Positions 48,801 to 60,800 of a stretch of DNA of 64,000 nt are shown here, piece after piece. The position numbers and the translations under genes were made by a program. The stretch's first letter is position 1. Every line of letters starts with the position of its first letter. The notes under the pieces were generated by a model. That model saw only the letters and a program-made list of their open reading frames with translations. It did not search any database and was not told the DNA's origin. Origin of the DNA: Phoronis australis (taxonomy: Eukaryota; Animalia; Phoronida); NCBI GenBank assembly GCA_002633005.1, contig NMRA01000190.1, positions 186,001-250,000 on the forward strand, read 5' to 3'.

Positions 48801-51800
48801 CAAATCCCTTAGCTGTAATGATTGGAGTTCGCACATGCGCAGACATAAATGTCCGAGGGATGATTTGAAGCTACAAAAATACCCGAAGTGTTTTGGGTGA
48901 GAAGCAGAATGATTTGTTGCAAGTAATTCATCCCTTTCAATGAGATTGAACTGGATGAACTACTTGCAACATATTCCACTATTCACTGAAAAAAGGGATA
49001 TTTATACGCAAGCAGAGTGAGTGCTGTTGCATCCCACTTTTTATATACAAAATCCCGTTATACTTGTAAGTGTTCTTACTAATTTTTGACATTCAGTTTT
49101 CAAAGTTTGAAATTACGCCGTAATTAAAGTTTTTTAAACACGACTGCATTTGACAGAGTTTAGGTTATTTGTAGCCTTTGAAAAGAGATTATTCAATAAT
49201 TTTGGCCATTGTTCTTGGAATAAAAGGGTTGCCATAGTAATAACTTTTCAAAGATTAGTTTAATTTTTTAAAAGTTAATATAAACCAGAAATCAGTTGGT
49301 TCTGCAACTGGTGTCTCCCTATGTAAAGAACATCCGCCCGTATCAATTTCACCTGATGTCTCTACTTTAAATTTATATTTCAAAAGCCACACTAAGCACT
49401 GTTTGAGATGCCCTAGCTTGCCATGTTAGCTACAGTTGGCTCTTGATTGGTAGTCAGTGGCTAAAAGTAGGTTTAGAACCACTGCCTCACCCCCTGCTTG
49501 ATTGAGGCAGGTTTATGAAGGAAAAAACGAAAAAGAAACCCACACTGCATTTGCTGATGTCAGACCGGTGGATTTTTTTGAAATAATTATAAACATTTGA
49601 AAAGATACTGCACCTCCACATAAATTTTTGAGAAAGTAAACGAGCTAGAGACAACTATACAACTATGCTTTTCTGGCTTTAAGTAAAAATTGTTTTGCTG
49701 TTAGCAACAAAGGACAAAATAGCTTTTGATCTGTCTGTTCTAAACAGTTTGTGTAGTGAAAGGTATGTTGACCTGCATCACACTGTGTTGTGCTAGAGTG
49801 CATCTTTCACTATTGCATCTCTCAGTTCACCTGTGTTGCCATGACTACCCTGTGTGGCCTTAATCTGTTTCGCCTTTTCTTGCATCTCTTCACTGTTAAT
49901 ATTTCATACCACAGCAGTTGACAAAACGACTTAGGAATGTATCTGGTGTTTGATGTGATGGTACATTACACAAAAGGATCTTCTGTTTGTCTTCATTTAG
50001 TAGAAAGCTCCCCAGGTGGTGTATGTCAGATGATCATATGCAGTTTTCATCTTCACCAATAGAGGTCTCTCATGGTAGTAAATCAGGCCAGATCAAGGGT
50101 CCAATCTCAGCTCGGAAATTGACCAATTACATGGCATGCTTCGAATAAACTAGCAAACTTGTACTCTAATCATGCAGCATGATTGGTCAAGTTTCATGTC
50201 TGAGTCAAGTCTGAGTTTGGAGCCTGGACCCTGTACCCTATGTAAAAGAGAGCTCTCCCACTGCCACCTGAGTGAATACAGTTTTGATCCATGAAGTACT
50301 ATCATTTGCTCGCAATGGTGTAGCTGTGCACGAAGTTTGCAAAAGGGGAAAGCAACCGCGTTTGATGTGACCTTTAATTTAAATAAAAATCCTGAGTTAT
50401 CGTGAGGACATATTTTTCAGCGTTAATTGTGGTTTCCTTTGCTCTGACTATATGCAAGCTGCTGCGGAATAATGACGCAAATGGCCCAGCAAAAGGCCTG
50501 CATGTTGTGCCTGCATTTACTTCCATTGTGGAAACACGGTTTTGTCGGTTGTTGTGTTTGCCCATTAGAGTCATATTGTAAATATTGACATGGGATGTGG
50601 GCCTTTTGCTGGGTCATTTATGTCGCTAGCATTGTTGCATGTGTAGTTGTAGAGGATCTGAGAAACAGTTAATTAATGCTGAAAATTTGAAAAATTTCTC
50701 TCCAAGATAATCAAGGGGTTTTAAAAGTTACATAAACATTAGCTTTCCCTTCTTAGGCTTAAACTTAGCTTTTGTGGAAGCATGGATGTGGGTCTTACAG
50801 TTGGTAGTAAATTCAGGCACCTTACACATCAGAGCAGACAGTTTTCATTCAGCATCTCACTAGTTGTAACAGTGCTAGATAGTATACAACATCGTGTTTT
50901 TGTTGTTTCTCCTCAATTACAAAATATTCTCATTTGTTTTGAAAATGATTATTAAGCTTTTATCCACCACGTAGATGACAAGTCGGACATAATGAGTTTT
51001 TTTAGCCCTGTCTGTACAAGGCCATTTATACATGTCAACATCTTTTTTGTCTAGAACTCTTTGCCTGGTGTTTTGAATACTGCCAGTTAGTGTTCCTATT
51101 TCAGTACATGAACTGCCTTGTTATCCATTGGTTACACTCATATCTAATTAGCATGTTGTTGAACCATAATTACTGGTACTCAACTTAACATCGTGAGTAT
51201 CTGTTTGCCAGGATTGGTTTTGATAAATTTTTTCATGTCATCTTGCTTTTTCATAGCAGAGTCGCAAGTACCAGCCGCGGAACACAAAGCGAGACTACAC
51301 AAAGCCTGTGAGGCCGCCACTTTACAAGAGTAACGAAGAAACAAGGAAGGGCAAGAGAGGAAAGAAGGTGAGTGGTAGTGTGATAGAGGGCGCTCATGTC
51401 AATGGGTGTGTAAGGAGGGTAATGTGTATAACACAGAATGGTGGTCTGATAGAGGGCACTCATATCAATGGGTGTGTTTAAGTAGGTCAATATGTATAGC
51501 TCAGTAATTGGGTTTACAGGCTCATGGCTTCTGAAGTTGTCCGAATCCTGTGTTGGCTGGCAGACTCTGTGCATTGCACTTTTGGCTATGTGTGTTGTAT
51601 TAACGTGAATGGATGGAAGTGGTTGAATTTGTGTGAGTGCATCAATGGCCCTCAAGAATNGAGGAAAGAAGGTGAGTGGTAGTGTGATAGAGGGCGCTCA
51701 TGTCAATGGGTGTGTAAGGAGGGTAATGTGTATAACACAGAATGGTGGTCTGATAGAGGGCACTCATATCAATGGGTGTGTTTAAGTAGGTCAATATGTA

Positions 51801-54800
51801 TAGCTCAGTAAATGGGTTTACAGGCTCATGGCTTCTGAAGTTGTCCGAATCCTGTGTTGGCTGGCAGACTCTGTGCATTGCACTTTTGGCTATGTGTGTT
51901 GTATTAACGTGAATGGATGGAAGTGGTTGAATTTGTGTGAGTGCATCAATGGCCCTCAAGAATTTACCCTACTTGTTAGAAGTGTTTAAAAAAAAGGTTG
52001 GTGAATCCCAATATATAATAACATCTTACAAAAATTTGTGTACTAAACAGTTACAGTGTCTACAGTTTCTGAGTTCCTTTTACGGTTGACAGTCTTCTTC
52101 CCGGCTCACAGATGGCGCAACCATTCTCATTAGCAGCGTTCCAGGCTCACAAGGCTTATTTTGTCTTATTTGCTGCAAAGTTGTCATTGGCAAATGCATT
52201 TTTTCCACTTCTAAAATAAGAGATAATAGAAGACCACTGGTTTCTATGTGATATGTGTATGTGTATGTGATTTGTGAAGCTTGTGGTTTGGTATCACAGT
52301 GTGTCTGTCTATGTAACGTATAAATGTTATCTTTTTCTAGGGTAAAGACGTGCCTCAGCACAAGCGGAAAAACTGGCCAAGCAAGGAGGAATGTGATGCC
52401 TACGTGCAGAAGTTCCCTTCCTGGGACGAATTTCCCACAGTCTACCTGCCACCTGAGAATAAGGGATTTGAGTAAGTGTGGTGTGTGATAGATTCTGAAT
52501 CAGTTGCCTTCCCTAGCTTTTTCCATAATGCCAAGGGTTTGATTGAGTGTGTCATGGGTCGTGGAGTTGGGATGGAAGAGTGTGGAAGCTCTCTTCCTGC
52601 GAGAAGATTCCTCCCTTGCAAATGGTTTAAGTAAAAGTACATCCCAGAGCAAGACGATTGCAGGGATTAGTGGTCATTAATTTGTACCTGTAAGTATGTC
52701 ATGGAGTATTCACGTAAGTGGAAGATTCTGTAAAAAAATAACGTCTCCCAGTTCATTCTTTTCAGTGTCTTAAGTTGGCGATGTTTAAAGTCAAGTAAAG
52801 GTTGTCATAATAAGATGTGTTTGCAGCATCACACCTTGCCGCTCTATGTTTCAGAGTTAGCCTGTTGCTTACGGAAGCCATTGACATTGATCGCTATGGC
52901 GAACACGATTTGCCGTGGTATCCGCCAGTGTGTGTCACCATCGTCGACATGAAGGATGGTGAAGCATACGGCGATGACCTCCAGTCAGTCAAAGACAGGA
53001 CCAAGGTGCCACTCAAGTCAGACAAGACAGTCAAGGATGTAAGTGGCGTACCCTGGTGTGAAGTGAAGAGGCACATTATTATTGTATTGAGATGAAAATC
53101 TTGTTGTTTTGACATCTTGTCATTTTATGGACACAATCAAGGTCAAGCTGAAATCCCTAACTTCAAAGTGTATTTAACCATCCAAGTCAGCTGCATTGAG
53201 TCTTTCCTTTAAAGCAGTGAGTGACTTACATTCAGTCCATTCATTCGTCGTGGATGTTTTGGAATGCTAACTCACTGTATCAAAAAAAATCAAAACAGGA
53301 GCCATGGCGATGGTTTTCCAAGGTATTGCTGTGTGTATTGTGTCAAGGTAGTGCTGCGTGAATTGTGTCAAGGTAGTGCTGCGTGTATTGTGTCAAGGTA
53401 GTGCTGCCTGTATTGTGTCATGGTAGTGCTCCGTGTATATTGTGCCACATTTCCAAGGTAGTGCTGTGTGTATTGTGTCACATATTTCTGTCTTCAGATC
53501 CTACTACAACAAGTTAAGGACAGGCCTGATATTACAGAGGAAGAGATTGGACAGCGCATCTTGACTGGCTTGAAAAGAGTAAGCTTCACATATTTGTCAT
53601 GTTTTAATTTACTTTCCTTTTCTCTTGAGTTTTATGTGTAAGTGGTCTTGAATTTCATGGAGCGGTGTGTAGTTTGAGTGAATGAATGGACAATTTATGA
53701 ACTAACTTAAATATGTAATTATGTTAGATGATACTTTAAATTACTGAGTGGTTTCATCCTGCATAACTTTGTACTTTTTTGGTTACGTCCTTATATGCAA
53801 ATACAAGGAAGTGGCATTAAGGTCCGGAAATATACATCTTAAAGTTGCAGTAAAACCACGCCTTCTGCAAAAGCCATAGTATGAAATAGGCCACTTACTG
53901 TACCAGTCTCTTCTACATGTTTGCTCAGGTTATACTTATATCTTGGCTTTAAAAGAACTGACATGTCATTAATGATTGAGAGCAGGCCTGTTCATTTGCT
54001 TGTCATGACGAGTTATGTGTTGCCAAGGCTGTATGCCCGGCGGGGAATTACAAACGATTTATTGTAAGCAATTTCAGTAATCAAACAAAGATAACGTGAT
54101 AACGTGGCACTGGAAGGCCTATGTGTAATGTCAACCAAATTTTTAAATGCCAAATCCTTGTTTATAGTGGCCTCTAGTTTTCTCACTGAGGAAACATATT
54201 GTTAAGATTATAATGCCATTTTTGCCATTTTAAAATTCAGTACACATACTGTTTTGTTTTCTTATTCTTTTATTTAAAAATTTAATTTGCCTATCACTAT
54301 TTAATGAAGTAACCTTGACATTACTTAAATTTTTGTCGTGACAACTCTGTGTGCCAAAAAGATCAACTAAATTCATTTTTCAACTAACTAATTGAATACA
54401 AAATATGAAACATTGAAAGTGTTAGTTGCATCTTGGTCTAAATTTGCAAATCACTGTCAAGCAGGGTACACCCTTTAATGACCGAATTGGTGAATACTGC
54501 CACTGGACCTATAAGTCAGTTGGCAGATTCATGGAATCCAGTCCTGAGAGTCAGAATTCTAAACGTCATGTCCATCGGCTTATCTGGTTATTTCTCCACA
54601 AAATGTTCCCTTTGTGTTTTGCAGAATCTGGGACCACGGTGGATCATGTACAATCTGGCTGGACTCTACTGGCGAGTGATTGGCAATCTGTATCACGGCA
54701 TCGAGTGTATGCGGCGCGCTCTGAAGTTTGTGCCGTACGATTACTTTGATGTGCCGCTGGTCAACATGGCCAACATTATGTATCATTGGGGCAAGATGGA

Positions 54801-57800
54801 TGATGCAATCAAGTTGATGAGGGATGCTGTCAGGGTTAACGACGCTGAGGTGAGGGAGGGGTGGATGTGGGGTGTGGGTATGACGAGTGTCTTGGACAGG
54901 AGGTGAGGTGAATAATGATGAGATGAGGGGTCGGCATGGGGTAAGTGTCTTGTGCAGAATGTGGGGATGAATGATGCTGAGATGAGGGAGGGATGGGTAT
55001 GAGGTGCCGCTAAGGTAAGTGTCTTGTGTGCGATGTGAGGGTGACCAGTGTTGAGCATCACTTAGATGAGGAAGTGTTAGGAATGGGGTGTTGACAAGTC
55101 AAGGATCTTTTGTAAGGTGTGAGGGTCAGTGACACTGAGGTGAGGGGTGGGCATAGGGTGTCGCTAAGGCGAGTGTCTGGTGCGGGATGTAAGGGTGAAC
55201 AATGCTAGGGTGAACGAGGGAGGGACATGAGCTGGTGATTAGGCTCGTTTCTAGGGAGGGATGTTTCACAAATAAGCAGGTGACCTTACTTGTGTTAAAC
55301 GTCAGTCACTGAAACTGTTTGCAAGGGTTTGCCTAAATGTTGACTTGTAGGATAAAATAGTGTGTGAACACCATCTAAACTTACTATTGTGTTGTGTAAA
55401 GTAAGATTCTCACTGTGTCTCTTAGGAGAGTAAGGTCAATGAACACTCCAACTTTAGATTTGGGGAAATGGTTTTGAGGATCCTGTTTTAATGTTATGTA
55501 GGACCCTCAAAAATGGCCAAATTTGGCAAACTTTAGAACATCATATCTCACAAATGGTTGATCAGATTCATAATTTATGAAACTTTCAAGCGTCACATGT
55601 TATGGACTGTTATCAAAAAGGCTGAAAGAAAATATTTAACTAATCCACTGAGTGGCTTAAAGTGGCATAAAATGAAAACAAAATGATAATCTAGAAACCT
55701 GTAGCAGTGTTATGTCAAACAAAATTTGGTTATGTTTTAGCTATGGATGTACCTTTTATTTCCTGTTTGCAAAATTTTCAAACAGTCATGGTCACGTGAT
55801 CCAGTTAATAGCAGATTGGTATAAAGTTGAAAATCAATTTCTAGATGGTTTCTACTTCCAGTTATACTTTTACTGAGTTAATATCAACAGTTTTGTAGAT
55901 ATTTGACTAAATACATCGACAAGTCAATAAGGTCCTACATAACCTTAAAGCTAACTTATAAGTAAACTTATATTGTCCTAATTTAACCTTTTCAGCCTAT
56001 AACCCATTTCTTCATGGCCAATCTATTGGCGGGTAACAACAACCTGACAGGGGCCGTGTGGCACTACGAACGCGCGCTCCATCAGGACCCTGATTACAAT
56101 GAGGCTTTCACCATGCTGCGCACTACACGCTGCTATCTCAAGTACCACCGTGCAGCCCAGAGCGAAGCTCCGGTCAGCCCGGCCCAGCCGTCTTGTCAGA
56201 CATTGCCAGAAGTTGGTGGACACGAGATGCACTCGGAAACACGGATGCTATGTAAAAAGGTGAGCGTGTTAATGGCAAACATAAGGGGGCTCTTCTTGTA
56301 GTCCTAGCATGATACCAAAGTAAACGTGGTAGAGTCTTGCCCAGCTTTTTATAGGCTAAGGAGCAACCTACTGGATGGCATTGTTACATGCCTACAACAT
56401 ATAGTGCATGGCAACAAATGGAAATGTCTGTCCGTTTTACTAAAGGAGACTGGCAGACTTGAAAACTTTCTTCACGAGGAGCCATAATTGGGGTCTCGTG
56501 CCTTTGCTCAGGTGTTTTGTGCAATGGGCCCACTCATGAGGCCTGCACACGTCTGATTCACCGCAAATGACATCAGACCACCTGCACTGTTTTTTTTAAA
56601 GTAAAAAAAGTTTTTCTGTTATTTTGTTGGTTACATTCACGAATAACTTACTGTTGCATTGTAAGCAGCAGTGCAGACATTAACAGTAATGTTTTGAATA
56701 GCCAAGTCATGTGCGCTAAATTTTTTTCAGTTGTCCAACTAGGCTCGTGAGTGTGTTACACAGGCAATTTTTATTAGTTGATCATGATCGTAAAAGGGTT
56801 TTCTGCACAATTTCACATAAACCTTGAATGGTGTGACGTGTTATAAATCGTCGGTAAGAATTCTTATCAGAAGTTGATATAATTTCCGTTCAGGTTTATC
56901 ATCAGTCATGATAATTTTGAAAATAAAAAATGACAAATATTTTTTTTGCGAAATCAAAGGAAGTGCACTTTACTTTAAGTCAGTCATTTTATCGCGAGTG
57001 AACATTAACAGTCAAATTTGTCTCTTCCATGTTGCCTGTTCAGGAGGCAGATGGCATGGAGACTTGTGTTGTGGAGAGTCGAACGCGGCAGATAAACCAG
57101 TGTATCAACTCTTGTCAGCAGCAGATTGAGTCTCAGGGTTCGTGTGGACCGCCTCGGCTTGATGCTGGTAAGTGGCCTGAGTTGAAACTGGGTTTGTGGG
57201 CTGGAGTTGCCCCGGGTTCACCTCAGTTGACCAATGAGGTGTCTGTAAATTGGCTGATGTAAGTCACGGGGAGCATGCACTTGACAGCAGCTGGATCTCA
57301 GGTGGTCTGAGGTCAACTGGGTTCATGGGTAGTCAGTAGTCTGGCAGCGACTGGCATGTTCATCAAGGAACCTGGTTGTGGCTGGTACCTGAAAGTTAGT
57401 GGGATCAGATGAATACAATGTGTCTCCTGGAAACTTGCAGGATTCCATTTGAAGCACAAAATGTTAAGTAGTGAATTCTCAAAAGAGTCGGTTATGCATA
57501 GAGACGGTCTTGTTGAACATTTCCAGTAAATAAGATACATGAAGCTTACTTGTACTTTCCTTATCACAGACTATGTTATGGGTTTTCATTACTGATGTGA
57601 CTTCTGTTACTATTTACCTTGTCACTGTATAGTTATAGCTGTTTCATATTATTATTCATCAAGTATTGTGATGTATTGTCACTCTACTCCTGGTTACATA
57701 CTAAGCATGTGTGCAATGAGGCATGCCAGTTTGGTTACGATAGGGCCACCGCAGAGGGAGACCTATGAGCTGTCTATGAGCTGGCAGCTATCGTCAAGAC

Positions 57801-60800
57801 TGAAAATGCTACATGAACTATCAGCTCAGGTGTCGCTCGCTCTCTTGAGGCACACAGTTGAGATCGCTGCTCCTCGTCTGCAGTGGCCCTTAAAAACTAG
57901 CTGTGACATTTCTTGTTCTGTGGAATTTGTAGTGATTAGTGCAAGTGTACCCATTTTGACACCTTTTCACATTACTTTGTATTTTCATATAAATTCTGTC
58001 AGGGTATTTCTTCAGAAGCTTAGTTCTCAATGTAATATGAATAAAACATTTTCATGGGCTTTCGAATGCTGTCACCTAGGAGGAAATCAATCAAGATAAT
58101 AAAATTTTACGAGCGATGTAAGAGAACTCACCTGCCTCATGAAGGTGTGTACCCACAGTCAACACTCCACATCTCAACTTTTGCGAAAGCATGTGTCCAG
58201 AACTCATGACTTCCTGGCAATAAATCATATTTAAATTTAAGAATTTTCAGTGCTATTTAATGTACATTTCTGCTTCAAACCAGTCATATTTTAAATCTGA
58301 AAACTTCCCAGTCGTCTACTTCAAGATTTTGATACTTGTGTTCAGAAAAGCAAGATTTTGCGCATGTGCGATTCAGTAAACAAGGTGGCAAACACTTAGT
58401 GCAGGCTGTTTGTATCGGAGACTTAAACAGAATTCACTGTAAAGGCCAAGAACATAAAATACTTGTTTATTCAGAGAAAATTGTAGGTGGATAGTGGATA
58501 CATTGTTGTTACAAGCATTGATCTTTCTTTTGGTAACCGTGACAGCATTTTGCTATTTAGTAACAGTAATAAAACTGGGTAAGTTGCTGGCTCCTGTTCG
58601 CTTCTAATCTTTGAATTATTTTTATGGATTTTGCTTTATTCTTATTGGCAGTTAATGATAACTTGAAATTTAAATGCATCAGTTGTTGCATTGTTACAAA
58701 TGGTTCACAGTTATTATAATCATTTTCATGACTGTACCAAAAACGTGCGCTTTTCCAGACCTGCCCCTCCCCTGAAAGTGAACAAAATTGTTGAGAATTT
58801 TATAGGCCAAAGTTTGTTAAACAAATTGAATTGTACGATTGTGTGGTTTAAACTTCACGACTTGTCATCAGTACGACGTTCTAATAAACATAAAACAACT
58901 ATTTTGATAATTCAAACAATTCCCATGTGAAAAAAACAGTGAATCGTTCATTGAGTTAATGTCTTTTCACATGGACATTTTCAAAATGTACACCAGCAGC
59001 AATGCCCCCCTCCCCAAGTTGTATGTCTTGTACACATGTGAAAGTGGTCATAGCTGTAAACTGTCTGCTGAGGCTTACTATCAACCTGACATCTGTTAAC
59101 AGTACTAATAGTGGGCTTAAACCGCTTACTCGTGTTGAAGAACTTATATTTAAAATTGTTTGTGACTTAGATGAAAAGTGATTGGGCAGAACAGTGTCAG
59201 AAGCTGTCTCAGTTGGTTTGACATGGCTGCTCACTTTTTGGGCCGAGCACAGTGTCATGAAGTTGACTTATCCTGGCCTCTCATTTTATGTGCCGTACAC
59301 ATTCTCAAGCAGTTAACTTAACATGGCCAATCATTTTTTGTGCCGAGCACAGTGCCACGCAGTTGACTTAATATGATTGCTCTTCTTATGTGCCAAGCAC
59401 AATGTTGAGCACTTGACTTATCATGACCACTCATTTTATCTGCTAAGCACAGCGTCAAGTAGTGGAATTAACATAGCCGCTCATTTTATGTGGCGAGCAC
59501 AGTGTCAAACAGTTGACTTGGCGTGGCTGTTCACTTTATGTGCCAAGCCTTAAGTCAAGCAGTTGATTTGGCGTGGCTGTTCACTTTATGTGCCAAGTCC
59601 TAAGTCAAGCTATAAGGCACTTCCAAAACCCATAAATCACTTCTAATCTGATTAAGGAACAAGTTAGTACTAATTTTGAAATGATATGTGGGCAAAATCA
59701 GTTTTAGTCTTTTAAGCATAACACGAGTGCTTGGCAGCTTTGAACATGTGTAATGTGATGCCATGGCTTAACATGACTTGGATCATGAGGATTGTCCTGA
59801 TATTGCTCAAGTCACTTTAAGCACAATACTTGTTTTTGGCAAGAATGATGAAGTGGAGACGAAACAGTCTTCCTCTCTCGTAAACGGCATTGGCATTCTC
59901 ATAAGTTTTGTTTCTCACGAGCTACATCTCTTTACTTTCAGTTAAGTGGTTTTTTAATACTGACTTCTTCTCATAAGCCAAAATTATATTCTTATTAGTG
60001 CAATTCTCTTCTCATTATGGTCCCAGCCATTTTGATACTCGACTAATACCAATCATTAGCTACAAAGTGACAAGCATGTGACTCCTGTCAGACCTGAAAA
60101 GAAATGTCACTGGTTTATGAGAAAAAAGTTCTCGTTGGAAAGAAAATTAATGCATATTGAGAATCCCAACAACATCAAACAGAGATTGTTTGTGATGAAG
60201 TTGGAGTGTTATGGGACTGTTCTAATGTGAGTTATAGAGCTCGCTTCCAGATGTTTGAGCTTGATCACAAAAGAGGTCTTCTCGGGTTGTTTCAACAATG
60301 TACGTGGAAACAGACCAGCGAATGGCCTGCATTCTGCATCATACTGTACGTATGCTTGCTGGTCCTGCGCGAAACGAAAAGTGATTATGCCACCTACTGC
60401 GCATATGATGACATGTTCGGCTTCACGCTTTTATTCTGACTACTTCGGGTCTTGGGGACAGCGTGTCTGTGTGTCAGCATGTCAGGGCTCGGTCAGCTTT
60501 GAGCATGGAATGCTTTGGAAATATGGGTGCTTTCATATCTGACTGCTGCCTGTTGGTTGTAAGCAGTGAGCAGACATCAGTCTGTATAGTTTTTGTTTGA
60601 TTTTGTTCCCTTTAACTCCTATAATGTATATACCGTGTCCGTTCAGGTTAACGCCCCTCTAATGAACCTGCCTGGCATCACAAATAGTAACATGACTTAG
60701 ATAACTTACTGATATGGCCTTTTAAGACTGTGTTTAGAATAGTTCCTCTTTCTAATGAACGGGGATTTGTAGGTTTGGGAAGAACTGTAACTTCCAGATC

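Noticed and set aside
51251-51959. Duplicated minus-strand ORFs (134 and 105 aa)
   Set aside because: Antisense to a TTC17 intron and produced by the single-N duplication.
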